Source of the DNA: Prevotella sp.
Lineage (GTDB): Bacteria; Bacteroidota; Bacteroidia; Bacteroidales; Dysgonomonadaceae
Assembly (NCBI GenBank): GCA_031285625.1
Contig: JAITVV010000081.1
Coordinates: forward strand, 1 to 64,000
Direction: 5' to 3'
Length of the DNA: 64,000 nt
Part shown: positions 9,878-17,929 of the stretch, in pieces
How positions within the stretch are numbered: position 1 is the first letter of the stretch
How the letters are laid out: the number at the start of each line of letters is the position of its first letter
The notes under the pieces: generated by a model
Database searches by the model: none
What the model saw: the letters and a program-made list of their open reading frames with translations, nothing else
Told to the model about the DNA's origin: nothing
Made by a program: the position numbers and the translations under genes

Positions 9878-11614
9878 TTACTTTAAAACCCATTCCGGTT
9901 TATATTCTTTAAACAATCCTATTATCCTCTCCTTTTCACTGACAGTTAATATATGAGTCATGGTGCTTTGAACTGCAGTAAGTATCGACAGGATATTATC
10001 GGATAACATAAAATTCATCATCTGAAAATCGTATTTTCCCGGCTCTACTTCTTTGTTGCAACTTATGGAAATAATATGTCCTGCTTTCGACAGAAGCATA
10101 TCACTAAAGTTTGGTATATCTGCAATAAACTGTTTGAGTACAAGATTTTCATTGCTATTCCAATCCTCACTTTCCAGTAGTATTGTTAATATCCTATTTA
10201 TTAATGGGGTATTATGAGAAATTTCAAGGTCTTCGGTTTTGTGATCAGTTGTGGTATCACTAAAGTCCGTATCTTCAGGCAACTTTATATTATCTATATC
10301 CAATCCATTCTTCACGTTATATTGAACGTATGTTCCCGGTTGTGTGTTCACCTCTTCTATATTATAATCATAAGAGGATAAAAAATCTGATACTTTTTCA
10401 AATACTGCAGGAGGAAAATCAAATTCATAATTCTCATTCTTATGATTATTAATACCGGCAGACTGTGAAGGCAAATCTATATACAGTGATGTATATGGTT
10501 TCGTGATAAATACCTTGTTTCCTTCCTGATTTGTTAAGACTCCCAGAAATCCGTTATCAAATAACATAAATTGATGTGCGCACTTTGCTCGCTCCTCATC
10601 TAATTGCATCAATTGCTTCTTATCATCTCTATTTACTCTTTTTGTATTCAGGAGTATTTCTATCAACTTATCCCAATCCCCACTAAAAGTATCTGATACA
10701 TCGATATATATGTCTGTGAAATATCCTTCCGGAGCTAATTCGGGATATGCCTCGAAAGTTAGGGGCAGATTAGGAATGTTCGTTTTATCCCAACAGTTAT
10801 AAATAGACCGAAGTAGGCGGGATATATTTTCAGCTGATTCAATTTCAATATCCCTTATAAATTCAAGCAAAATGGGATCATATTTCTGAGGATCGCAAGC
10901 TGCAAAATGGGCCATAATAGAATATCCTGTATAATATCTCCAACAACTGGACGAATTACCATACTCTTTAAATAACGGGTATATTCTATTGGCTTCTATT
11001 ATTTTTTGTAAAATGATCTCAAGTATAGGGTGAAATTCCGGAAAAGAAACAGCAGCAGAAAACAATCCATCTTCATCAGTTGCCCATGCTCTGACTCCTT
11101 TAGGCGGATCTATACGATAACGGACTTCGTGTATACCCCATTTTTCAATATATGTGTCTATATCTTCTACTATAGGAATTAATAATTTTCTTACTTGTTC
11201 TACATCCGTTAAGTCCGCAATTACCTCCTTTATTATTCGTTCATCCGGAATATTTCCCTCATAAACTTTTTCAGGGTCAGGAATCGGTTCATTGGTATTC
11301 TTTAAGATATCTACCAGTTTTTCTACTCTGGCAAAAGAAAGTGGCTGTGATAAATCATCCAGTATATGATAAACATTGTGAAGAAGCGTCTGATACCTTA
11401 CCTTCTTTTCGGGTATTACCCTTATACATTCAAATAAGACTGGCATATCCTCATATTCTAATTCACCATCAAATGGCCAAGGATCGTTTATAGTTCCTCC
11501 ATATGCATTTATTACTTTATTATACCAATGGGAATCACATTCTGAATAATTTACTAATACTTTATTAAAGATTGATTTCAGATTTTTGTGTTTTTTTTCA
11601 GTTGCTTCGTTCAT
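9878..11614 (-). CDS. Hypothetical protein (578 aa, acidic)
   Basis: Long ORF with an upstream TATCTTTG element; no confident family assignment. Confidence 0.75.
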   Translation of the reverse strand: MNEATEKKHKNLKSIFNKVLVNYSECDSHWYNKVINAYGGTINDPWPFDGELEYEDMPVLFECIRVIPEKKVRYQTLLHNVYHILDDLSQPLSFARVEKLVDILKNTNEPIPDPEKVYEGNIPDERIIKEVIADLTDVEQVRKLLIPIVEDIDTYIEKWGIHEVRYRIDPPKGVRAWATDEDGLFSAAVSFPEFHPILEIILQKIIEANRIYPLFKEYGNSSSCWRYYTGYSIMAHFAACDPQKYDPILLEFIRDIEIESAENISRLLRSIYNCWDKTNIPNLPLTFEAYPELAPEGYFTDIYIDVSDTFSGDWDKLIEILLNTKRVNRDDKKQLMQLDEERAKCAHQFMLFDNGFLGVLTNQEGNKVFITKPYTSLYIDLPSQSAGINNHKNENYEFDFPPAVFEKVSDFLSSYDYNIEEVNTQPGTYVQYNVKNGLDIDNIKLPEDTDFSDTTTDHKTEDLEISHNTPLINRILTILLESEDWNSNENLVLKQFIADIPNFSDMLLSKAGHIISISCNKEVEPGKYDFQMMNFMLSDNILSILTAVQSTMTHILTVSEKERIIGLFKEYKPEWVLK

Positions 11615-11952
11615 AAGCAGGAATTTTGTATAGGTTTGTGTGTTTAAATTGATCTTTACAAAGATAGAAGAAAATTGATCACTATTTAAAACATGAATTA
11701 TCTAATTAAAAGATCTTTGACATAGTTTTCAGGAATAAAAAGTAACATGTAAGAACAATAAAAAAGTTGTTACTTTTGTTACCTTTTGGCCATAATCATC
11801 TATTTATTAATTATTTATATTTATATCATTCTATTGGTTGTGACTTTATTTAATATACTTGTTTTTCTTATCTTTGTAGAAACATCTGGTTATGAAGTAA
11901 ACCTACTTGAGGGAGTAAAGAATATTAAAACATTCATATAAAAAATATAGAT

Positions 11953-13287
11953 ATGATACTTATTCACAGAGCAACAATCATTAACGAAAATACATCTTTT
12001 ACCGGTTCAGTATTAATTGAGAAAGACATAATATCAGAGATATACAGAGGAGATGTCCCTGAAGCCATACTAAACAAGGCAATAGTAATAGATGCAAAAG
12101 ACTTATGGTTAATCCCCGGGGTAATTGATGACCAGGTACATTTCCGTGAGCCGGGGCTAACCCACAAAGGCGATATTGCCAGCGAAAGCCGTGCCGCTAT
12201 TGCCGGAGGTGTCACCTCCTTTATGGAAATGCCCAATACAAAGCCACAAACTACAACCATAGAACTACTGGAAGATAAGTTTGAATTAGGTGCGCAAAAA
12301 TCCTATGCCAACTATTCTTTTTATATGGGGGCGACCAATGATAATATTGCCGAACTGAAAAAAGTAAATCCGAAAGAAGTTTGTGGAGTAAAAGTATTTA
12401 TGGGATCATCTACAGGCAACATGCTTGTGGATGATAAGAAGGTCTTGCAGGCAATATTTGCAGAGATAGACATGCTGATAGCTACCCATTGCGAGAAAGA
12501 AGAAATAATCAGGGAAAATATTGCTAAATATAAAGCCGAATTCGGAGAGGATATCCCAATTCAGTATCATCCTCTTATCCGTAGTGCCGAAGCATGCTAT
12601 CGTTCTTCCGCTGAAGCAGTGGAACTAGCTGATAGATATCAGACCCGGTTGCATATTTTGCACCTTTCCACCGAGAAAGAAATCAGTTTATTCGATATAA
12701 AACCTCTTGCTGAAAAGAAAATCACAGGTGAAGTATGTGTACACCACCTTTGGTTCTCCGATGAAGATTACTCAAAATATGGCACTCGTATAAAGTGGAA
12801 TCCTGCGGTGAAAACGAGACAAGACAGAGGTGCATTAATGCAGGGGTTACTCAAAGGGAAGCTTGATGTAATAGCTACTGACCACGCCCCACATCTACTG
12901 GAAGAAAAACAGGGAGACGCCCTAAAAGCTGCATCCGGAGGCCCACTTGTACAACATTCATTACAGATGATGCTCGAGCTGGCAAAAAAAGGGAAAATAA
13001 CAAAAGAACAAGTAGTAAACAAGATGTGCCATGCGCCTGCATCTATGTTTAAAATAAATAAACGAGGTTATATCCGTACAGGCTATTTTGCCGATCTGGT
13101 GTTGGTAAATCCGAACAAACCATATACTATTACACAGGATAATATCTTGTATAAATGCAAATGGGCACCGTTAGAGGGTGAAACATTCTCTACATCCATA
13201 GACAAAACATTTCTGAATGGAAAAATAGCCTTCGAGAATGGCATTGTAAATGAAGTGAAAGGCGAGAGGCTGCAATTTGACAGATAA
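11953..13287 (+). CDS. pyrC: Dihydroorotase
   Basis: [26 protein letters not shown] amidohydrolase motifs. Confidence 0.92.
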   Translation: MILIHRATIINENTSFTGSVLIEKDIISEIYRGDVPEAILNKAIVIDAKDLWLIPGVIDDQVHFREPGLTHKGDIASESRAAIAGGVTSFMEMPNTKPQTTTIELLEDKFELGAQKSYANYSFYMGATNDNIAELKKVNPKEVCGVKVFMGSSTGNMLVDDKKVLQAIFAEIDMLIATHCEKEEIIRENIAKYKAEFGEDIPIQYHPLIRSAEACYRSSAEAVELADRYQTRLHILHLSTEKEISLFDIKPLAEKKITGEVCVHHLWFSDEDYSKYGTRIKWNPAVKTRQDRGALMQGLLKGKLDVIATDHAPHLLEEKQGDALKAASGGPLVQHSLQMMLELAKKGKITKEQVVNKMCHAPASMFKINKRGYIRTGYFADLVLVNPNKPYTITQDNILYKCKWAPLEGETFSTSIDKTFLNGKIAFENGIVNEVKGERLQFDR

Positions 13288-13291
13288 TCGT

Positions 13292-13828
13292 TTATAATGC
13301 ACGTCCTTTAAAGACATCTGAATCATCCTCCTGATATAAGTTACCAGTAAAGTCTATCCTGTTGCTGTTAAAATTTGGAGTAACTGTCGCACGGCATTTA
13401 TTATCACCTTTAGTCATCTGGATAATAACATTTGCAGAGATACCTATACCTTGTACCATCATGCTCAGTGTGACATTGCCTCTCTTATCTGTTTCCATTT
13501 TCACATTCGAAGCTCTTCCGTCCAGTGTAATCCCTCCTATTCCATTAGGTCCGGCATATGGAGAGTTGAATGCCATTTGAATGGTTGCCTTATCATCATG
13601 CATGGATATAAAGTTTGTACTGGCATTTACATAGGCAAATCTTCCGTATTTAAAATCAATGCGGTCAGCCTCTAATACAAACTTCCTGTCAGTCAATGCT
13701 TGAAATGCTTTTTCTCCCCAAGCAGCTTATTCAGCCTGTTGTGCAAGTTTTTTCTGAGGATCCTGTTGCGTCTTACAACCTGTAATGAACAACATAATTG
13801 CGATTAATATAAATACAATTTTCTTCAT
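13292..13828 (-). pseudogene. DUF4251-like lipoprotein interrupted by an in-frame TAA at codon 34
   Basis: ATG at 13828 gives MKKIVFILIAIMLFITGCKTQQDPQKKLAQQAE*AAWGEKAFQALTDRKFVLEAD...; stop at 13727-13729; frame continues to 13292. Confidence 0.75.
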
Positions 13829-13921
13829 AGCCTTCTTTTTTAAATATAACAGAAAAGAAATGATTATAGTTTATTTTTAGGATGGGATATTTAACGGCTT
13901 CGCTAAGTTTTGAAAAAGAAA

Positions 13922-13994
13922 CCGGATAGGTCGGACTCGAACCGACAACTTCCTGCTTGACAGGCAGGTGTTCTTCCTATTGAGCTACTATCCG
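13922..13994 (-). tRNA. tRNA-like RNA 1, anticodon GTC (Asp-like), atypical
   Basis: CGGATAG TA GCTC AATAGGAA GAAC A CCTGC CTGTCAA GCAGG AAGTT GTCGG TTCGAGT CCGAC CTATCCG G; C11-A24 mismatch; C(-1) pairs with G73; no encoded CCA. Confidence 0.7.
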
Positions 13995-14012
13995 GCTGTA
14001 TTTTTGAGATAA

Positions 14013-14085
14013 CCAGACGAGCAGGACTTGAACCTGCGACCTCTCACTTAGCAGGCGAGAGCTCTTCCGGCTGAGCTATCGTCTG
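14013..14085 (-). tRNA. tRNA-like RNA 2, anticodon GCT (Ser) in a short-variable-loop body
   Basis: CAGACGA TA GCTC AGCCGGAA GAGC T CTCGC CTGCTAA GTGAG AGGTC GCAGG TTCAAGT CCTGC TCGTCTG G; acceptor stem extends to 9-11 bp; no long variable arm. Confidence 0.7.
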
Positions 14086-14093
14086 GTCAGATG

Positions 14094-14101
14094 CAAATAT
14101 A
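14094..14101 (-). promoter_or_regulatory. Candidate -7 promoter element (TATATTTG) for tRNA-like RNAs 2 and 1
   Basis: TAnnTTTG consensus ending 6 nt before the extended acceptor stem of RNA 2; no clear -33 TTTG at canonical spacing. Confidence 0.5.
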
Positions 14102-14147
14102 TAAATTTAAGAGTAAGAACCGGAACGTAATCAAATTATTTTAAAAA

Positions 14148-14218
14148 TCAGACAGATTGGACTCGAACCAATGACCTCCGGATGTGGGTCCGGGCTCTTC
14201 CAACTGAGCTACTGTCTG
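14148..14218 (-). ncRNA. tRNA-like RNA 3 with degenerate anticodon loop
   Basis: CAGACAG TA GCTC AGTTGGAA GAGC CCGGA CCCACA TCCGG AGGTC ATTGG TTCGAGT CCAAT CTGTCTG A; 6-nt loop without U33; 10-bp acceptor stem. Confidence 0.7.
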
Positions 14219-14226
14219 ATTATATT

Positions 14227-15582
14227 CTACCAGTTTGTTTCCTTATAGTTCTTCAATAATTTACCAAATATCTTATTCCCAGTAATAATTTCACGTATAG
14301 GATGTAAGATTCGTGCAGCTCCATCGACAGAATCCAGAGGGGGAATATAGCCTTGTTCAAACTGTTTTTTTCGTAATTCTTCTTTTGCACCTGTTGATAC
14401 CCAGCCTACATCTACACAGTTCATATAGATAGAATCTTCAGCAAATTCCTCTGCTGATGTACGTGTCATCATATTTAGAGCAGCCTTGGTCATATTAGTA
14501 TGAGGATGGAAAATGGTTTTATTCGTATAGCTAAACTGACCTTCCGATGAAGTTACATTGATTATGAATCTGTCCGGATATTGGGATTTTAAGAAAAGGG
14601 ACTTCAACCCTTTAATTAACAAATACGGTGAGATCTGATTAATCAAGTTTACTTCTAATAATTCGTACATTGAGATTTCATCGAGTTTCGAATTCCAACT
14701 GTTCTTCTCTCTATTGTCTACTGGCTGTCCAAATCGGTTCTTGTCGAATGTAATGGGCATATCCTTTAATTCTAGAAAGTTTGTTTGGTTAGTAACAGGT
14801 GTTTTATTCGGTAGCAGCTTATTTTGGCCTCCTAATTTTTTTAAAGCCAGTGCTTCGTTATTAATTAACGGAACATAGTAATTGTCCGGATATTTGATTG
14901 TTTGAGCTGCATTATTTATCAGAATATCCAGAGTCTCGAATTCGGTCTTTACATAGCTGACAAAATCTTCTACTGCCCGCAAGTTCCTTAAATCCAAACC
15001 ATATACAATAAGCCTATCCTTCCATTCCGGGTAATCTGGCTCATTACTTAACTGATCTAAGGCCAGAGACGGAAAACGTGAAGATACTATAAGGTTTGCT
15101 TCGGATCGGAGAATTTTAAGGGCCGTGGCATATCCTATTTTTACTCTACCTCCGGTAAGAATAACATTTCGCCCTGTAAGATCAATTGATTCGAATCGTT
15201 GCTGGTAATTATATTCAGCACATTCAGGGCATAATCTGCTATAAAAGAAGTGCATCTTATCAAAAGGCTGATTGCATGCATAGCAGTTGTCGAATGAATT
15301 TAGTTGTTGATAACTATTGCTTTCTATTTTATGTCCACTATATGTAGATGTATTATTTTTAGCCTGTTTAGCGATTTCGGAGCTTAACAAGATATCAATA
15401 TCTTCATTTCTACGTTCTTGTGAATTGTCTTTACGTATAGTTTTCCGGGCATTCTTATGTATCTTGGTTATTAGTGTCTTGAATGTTTCATTATCAGGAT
15501 TATCAAAAGGATTATCCTTTAATGCTGTAAGCACTTTGATACATGTATTCCATTCTTCTTCTGTAAACCTTTGTGCTGACAT
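14227..15582 (-). CDS. Extended SDR-family oxidoreductase with N-terminal CxxC...CxxC putative zinc finger
   Basis: CYAC-x15-CPEC, TGGRVKIG Rossmann motif, NNAA, HPHTNMTKAAL in place of YxxxK. Confidence 0.85.
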   Translation of the reverse strand: MSAQRFTEEEWNTCIKVLTALKDNPFDNPDNETFKTLITKIHKNARKTIRKDNSQERRNEDIDILLSSEIAKQAKNNTSTYSGHKIESNSYQQLNSFDNCYACNQPFDKMHFFYSRLCPECAEYNYQQRFESIDLTGRNVILTGGRVKIGYATALKILRSEANLIVSSRFPSLALDQLSNEPDYPEWKDRLIVYGLDLRNLRAVEDFVSYVKTEFETLDILINNAAQTIKYPDNYYVPLINNEALALKKLGGQNKLLPNKTPVTNQTNFLELKDMPITFDKNRFGQPVDNREKNSWNSKLDEISMYELLEVNLINQISPYLLIKGLKSLFLKSQYPDRFIINVTSSEGQFSYTNKTIFHPHTNMTKAALNMMTRTSAEEFAEDSIYMNCVDVGWVSTGAKEELRKKQFEQGYIPPLDSVDGAARILHPIREIITGNKIFGKLLKNYKETNW

Positions 15583-16188
15583 TCATTTACTTATTTCTCT
15601 TGATTTTTCGCCCAGATAGCCCCCATGATGGCGTTTCGCATAATCTGAGATTGTAAAGCCGATTCTTTTCATAGTGCCTACAACCAGTATGTCTCCTATC
15701 ACAGTCATTACAGTAGTGGAAGTAGTGGGGGTAAGCCCCAATCCACAAACTTCGTCAGGACGTCCGGTCAAAAGACATACATCTGCTTTTTGCGCCAAAA
15801 GGCTGTCGGGATCACTTGTGATAACTATAAACTGAATGCCGGGAATAAGATTTTTAGCTAATGTGATAAGTTCTATAATTTCCCTGGTTTTTCCGGAATT
15901 GGAAATTGCCAGTACAATATCATTCTCCTGTAAAATACCTAAATCTCCGTGTTGTGCTTCACTGGGATGCAGGAATACGGCAGGGGTGCCTGTTGAGCTA
16001 AATGTAGTTGCCATATTTTGTGCTATTTGCCCAGCCTTTCCCATACCGCTGGTGACCAGTTTTCCCTTCTTTTTATTGACTTGTTCTACAATAAGGTCAA
16101 TAGCTTTACCATAGGCATCACTAATGGGAATATTCATTATTGCCGAGGCTTCATGCGCCAGAATAGAACGTATATCGTCAGTATTCAT
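15583..16188 (-). CDS. SIS-domain arabinose-5-phosphate isomerase (KdsD/GutQ-like, no CBS domains)
   Basis: GMGKAG, EAQHGDLG, SNSGKT, PTTST, HHGG motifs; ATG at 16188 follows TATCTTTG at 16203-16210. Confidence 0.85.
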   Translation of the reverse strand: MNTDDIRSILAHEASAIMNIPISDAYGKAIDLIVEQVNKKKGKLVTSGMGKAGQIAQNMATTFSSTGTPAVFLHPSEAQHGDLGILQENDIVLAISNSGKTREIIELITLAKNLIPGIQFIVITSDPDSLLAQKADVCLLTGRPDEVCGLGLTPTTSTTVMTVIGDILVVGTMKRIGFTISDYAKRHHGGYLGEKSREISK

Positions 16189-16232
16189 TTTTATTTTTTT
16201 GCCAAAGATACAATATTTATCCAAATTTAAAC

Positions 16233-16272
16233 AATAAGGATCTGAACAGATAATTGCTCAGATCCTTTATTA
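16233..16272 (-). terminator. Terminator hairpin after purE
   Basis: aaggatctga...tcagatcctt inverted repeat. Confidence 0.65.
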
Positions 16273-16286
16273 TAACAGAAATTAAT

Positions 16287-16793
16287 TTAGTTCGTTTTGA
16301 ATTTGAACTGCACCTTAGCCAGGTCTTCATTCGCTTTTTCTATCTTCCCTTTCAGGTTGTCTTTATAAGCTTCCAGTTTCTTTTGTAAGCCCTCATCGCC
16401 TGTTGCAATCATTTGAAGCGCTAATATAGCTGCGTTTAAAGATCCGTTTATACCAACAGTGGCTACCGGTATCCCCGGAGGCATCTGTACAATGGCAAGC
16501 AAAGCATCCATACCATCCAGTGATGCATCGATAGGAACTCCGATAACGGGTATAGGAGTCATTGAAGCGATCACACCAGGAAGATGAGCAGCCATACCGG
16601 CAGCAGCAATAATAACTTTTATACCTCTGCCTTTTGCGGCTTTAGCAAAAACTTCAACGCGCTCAGGGGTACGGTGTGCGGATAAGGCATTTATTTCGAA
16701 GGTAACTTCCATTTCATCGAAAAATTTTGCTGCCTTTTCCATTACGGGAAGATCAGAAGTACTTCCCATTATAATACTAACAACAGGTTTCAT
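16287..16793 (-). CDS. purE: N5-CAIR mutase
   Basis: MGSTSD, SAHRTP, AAHLPG, QMPPGIPVATV. Confidence 0.96.
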   Translation of the reverse strand: MKPVVSIIMGSTSDLPVMEKAAKFFDEMEVTFEINALSAHRTPERVEVFAKAAKGRGIKVIIAAAGMAAHLPGVIASMTPIPVIGVPIDASLDGMDALLAIVQMPPGIPVATVGINGSLNAAILALQMIATGDEGLQKKLEAYKDNLKGKIEKANEDLAKVQFKFKTN

Positions 16794-16799
16794 TTTTAT

Positions 16800-17180
16800 T
16801 TATTTACCAATTAGGTTTTTGTAATCTGCAGCAGAAAGTAGTTTATCTAATTCTGAAACATCATTAACGGTTATTTTAATTATCCATCCTTTTCCGTATG
16901 GATCTTCATTTATTAATTCCGGTTTATCTTCGAGTTCAGCATTCACTTCCAATACTTCTCCTGAAACAGGCATTAGAAGGTCTGAAACAGTTTTTACAGC
17001 TTCCACACTACCAAACACTCCATCTTTAGCAATTGTATCGCCCTCTGTGGTTACATCTACATAAACGATTTCGCCCAGTTCACTTTGAGCAAACTCAGTA
17101 ATACCTATAAAAGCTGTATCACCTTCAACTCTGATCCATTCGTGGTCTTTAGAATACTTTAAATTTTCAGGAAAGTTCAT
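16800..17180 (-). CDS. gcvH: Glycine cleavage system H protein
   Basis: [23 protein letters not shown] lipoyl-lysine site. Confidence 0.96.
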   Translation of the reverse strand: MNFPENLKYSKDHEWIRVEGDTAFIGITEFAQSELGEIVYVDVTTEGDTIAKDGVFGSVEAVKTVSDLLMPVSGEVLEVNAELEDKPELINEDPYGKGWIIKITVNDVSELDKLLSAADYKNLIGK

Positions 17181-17209
17181 AATCAATCTTTTTATTATTT
17201 TACATTAGT

Positions 17210-17929
17210 TTATAGATTCTTCAAAAAGATAACAAAGCCCCAATAGGCTCCAACATATACTGTCAAATAAGAAATAACAATGCCTATAAGAAATCCTATA
17301 TAAACCTGTGCCGGAGTACTTTTATTCATGGCTAACCGAGATACACCCAAACACCCTGCTAAGATAAACAAAATGATGAATAAAACATACAGATTCAGCC
17401 CTTTAATATGATAACAAACTGACATAATGCAACCGATTAGTCCACCTATCCCCATCATATATGCACTTATATTCCAAAAACGAGATACAATCGTATAAAC
17501 AATAAGCAATATAACAGGAATAGCAACTACTGCAAGAAACCAGATGTAGAGTTTAGCCGAAAAGAAATAATAAAATAACAGCCCATAGGATAGAAAAAAT
17601 ATAGAGAAAGGTAATAACCATTCATTTCTATTATTCAATCTAAAATTTTGAATGATCCCGGAAATTTTCAGGAAGTATATACCCGATGCCGGAATTATAC
17701 AGGAAAAGAACAGAACGGGTGCCATGAACTGTACAAACTGATTTGCAAATAGAAACTTGAAATCAGTATGAACAAATATCAGGATAACGGCATACAGTAC
17801 CATAAAAAGGGGATGCAATATTATAGAAAAAATCCTAGCAAGAATGGGTTCCTTTTCTTTTGGAGGTTTGTAGAATATAGAACTATTTGAATAGCCCATA
17901 TCCTGCACATTTTCTGTTTCTTCTATCAT
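17210..17929 (-). CDS. Conserved polytopic membrane protein (PAP2-like)
   Basis: About 7 hydrophobic segments, SRL-x5-TPAQV C-terminal motif; overlaps rpoN stop. Confidence 0.65.
   Translation of the reverse strand: MIEETENVQDMGYSNSSIFYKPPKEKEPILARIFSIILHPLFMVLYAVILIFVHTDFKFLFANQFVQFMAPVLFFSCIIPASGIYFLKISGIIQNFRLNNRNEWLLPFSIFFLSYGLLFYYFFSAKLYIWFLAVVAIPVILLIVYTIVSRFWNISAYMMGIGGLIGCIMSVCYHIKGLNLYVLFIILFILAGCLGVSRLAMNKSTPAQVYIGFLIGIVISYLTVYVGAYWGFVIFLKNL

Noticed and set aside
13727-14218. tRNA-like RNAs acting as ochre suppressors for the adjacent in-frame TAA, or genetic-code reassignment
   Set aside because: Anticodons are GTC, GCT and none; TAA terminates many normal genes in the window.
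13922-14218. Prophage/ICE attachment site at a tRNA, or a CRISPR array
   Set aside because: No integrase, duplicated tRNA 3' end or cas gene; units are cloverleaves, not identical repeats with spacers.
13922-14218. Selenocysteine tRNA (long acceptor stem)
   Set aside because: No TCA anticodon, no long variable arm and no sel genes in the window.
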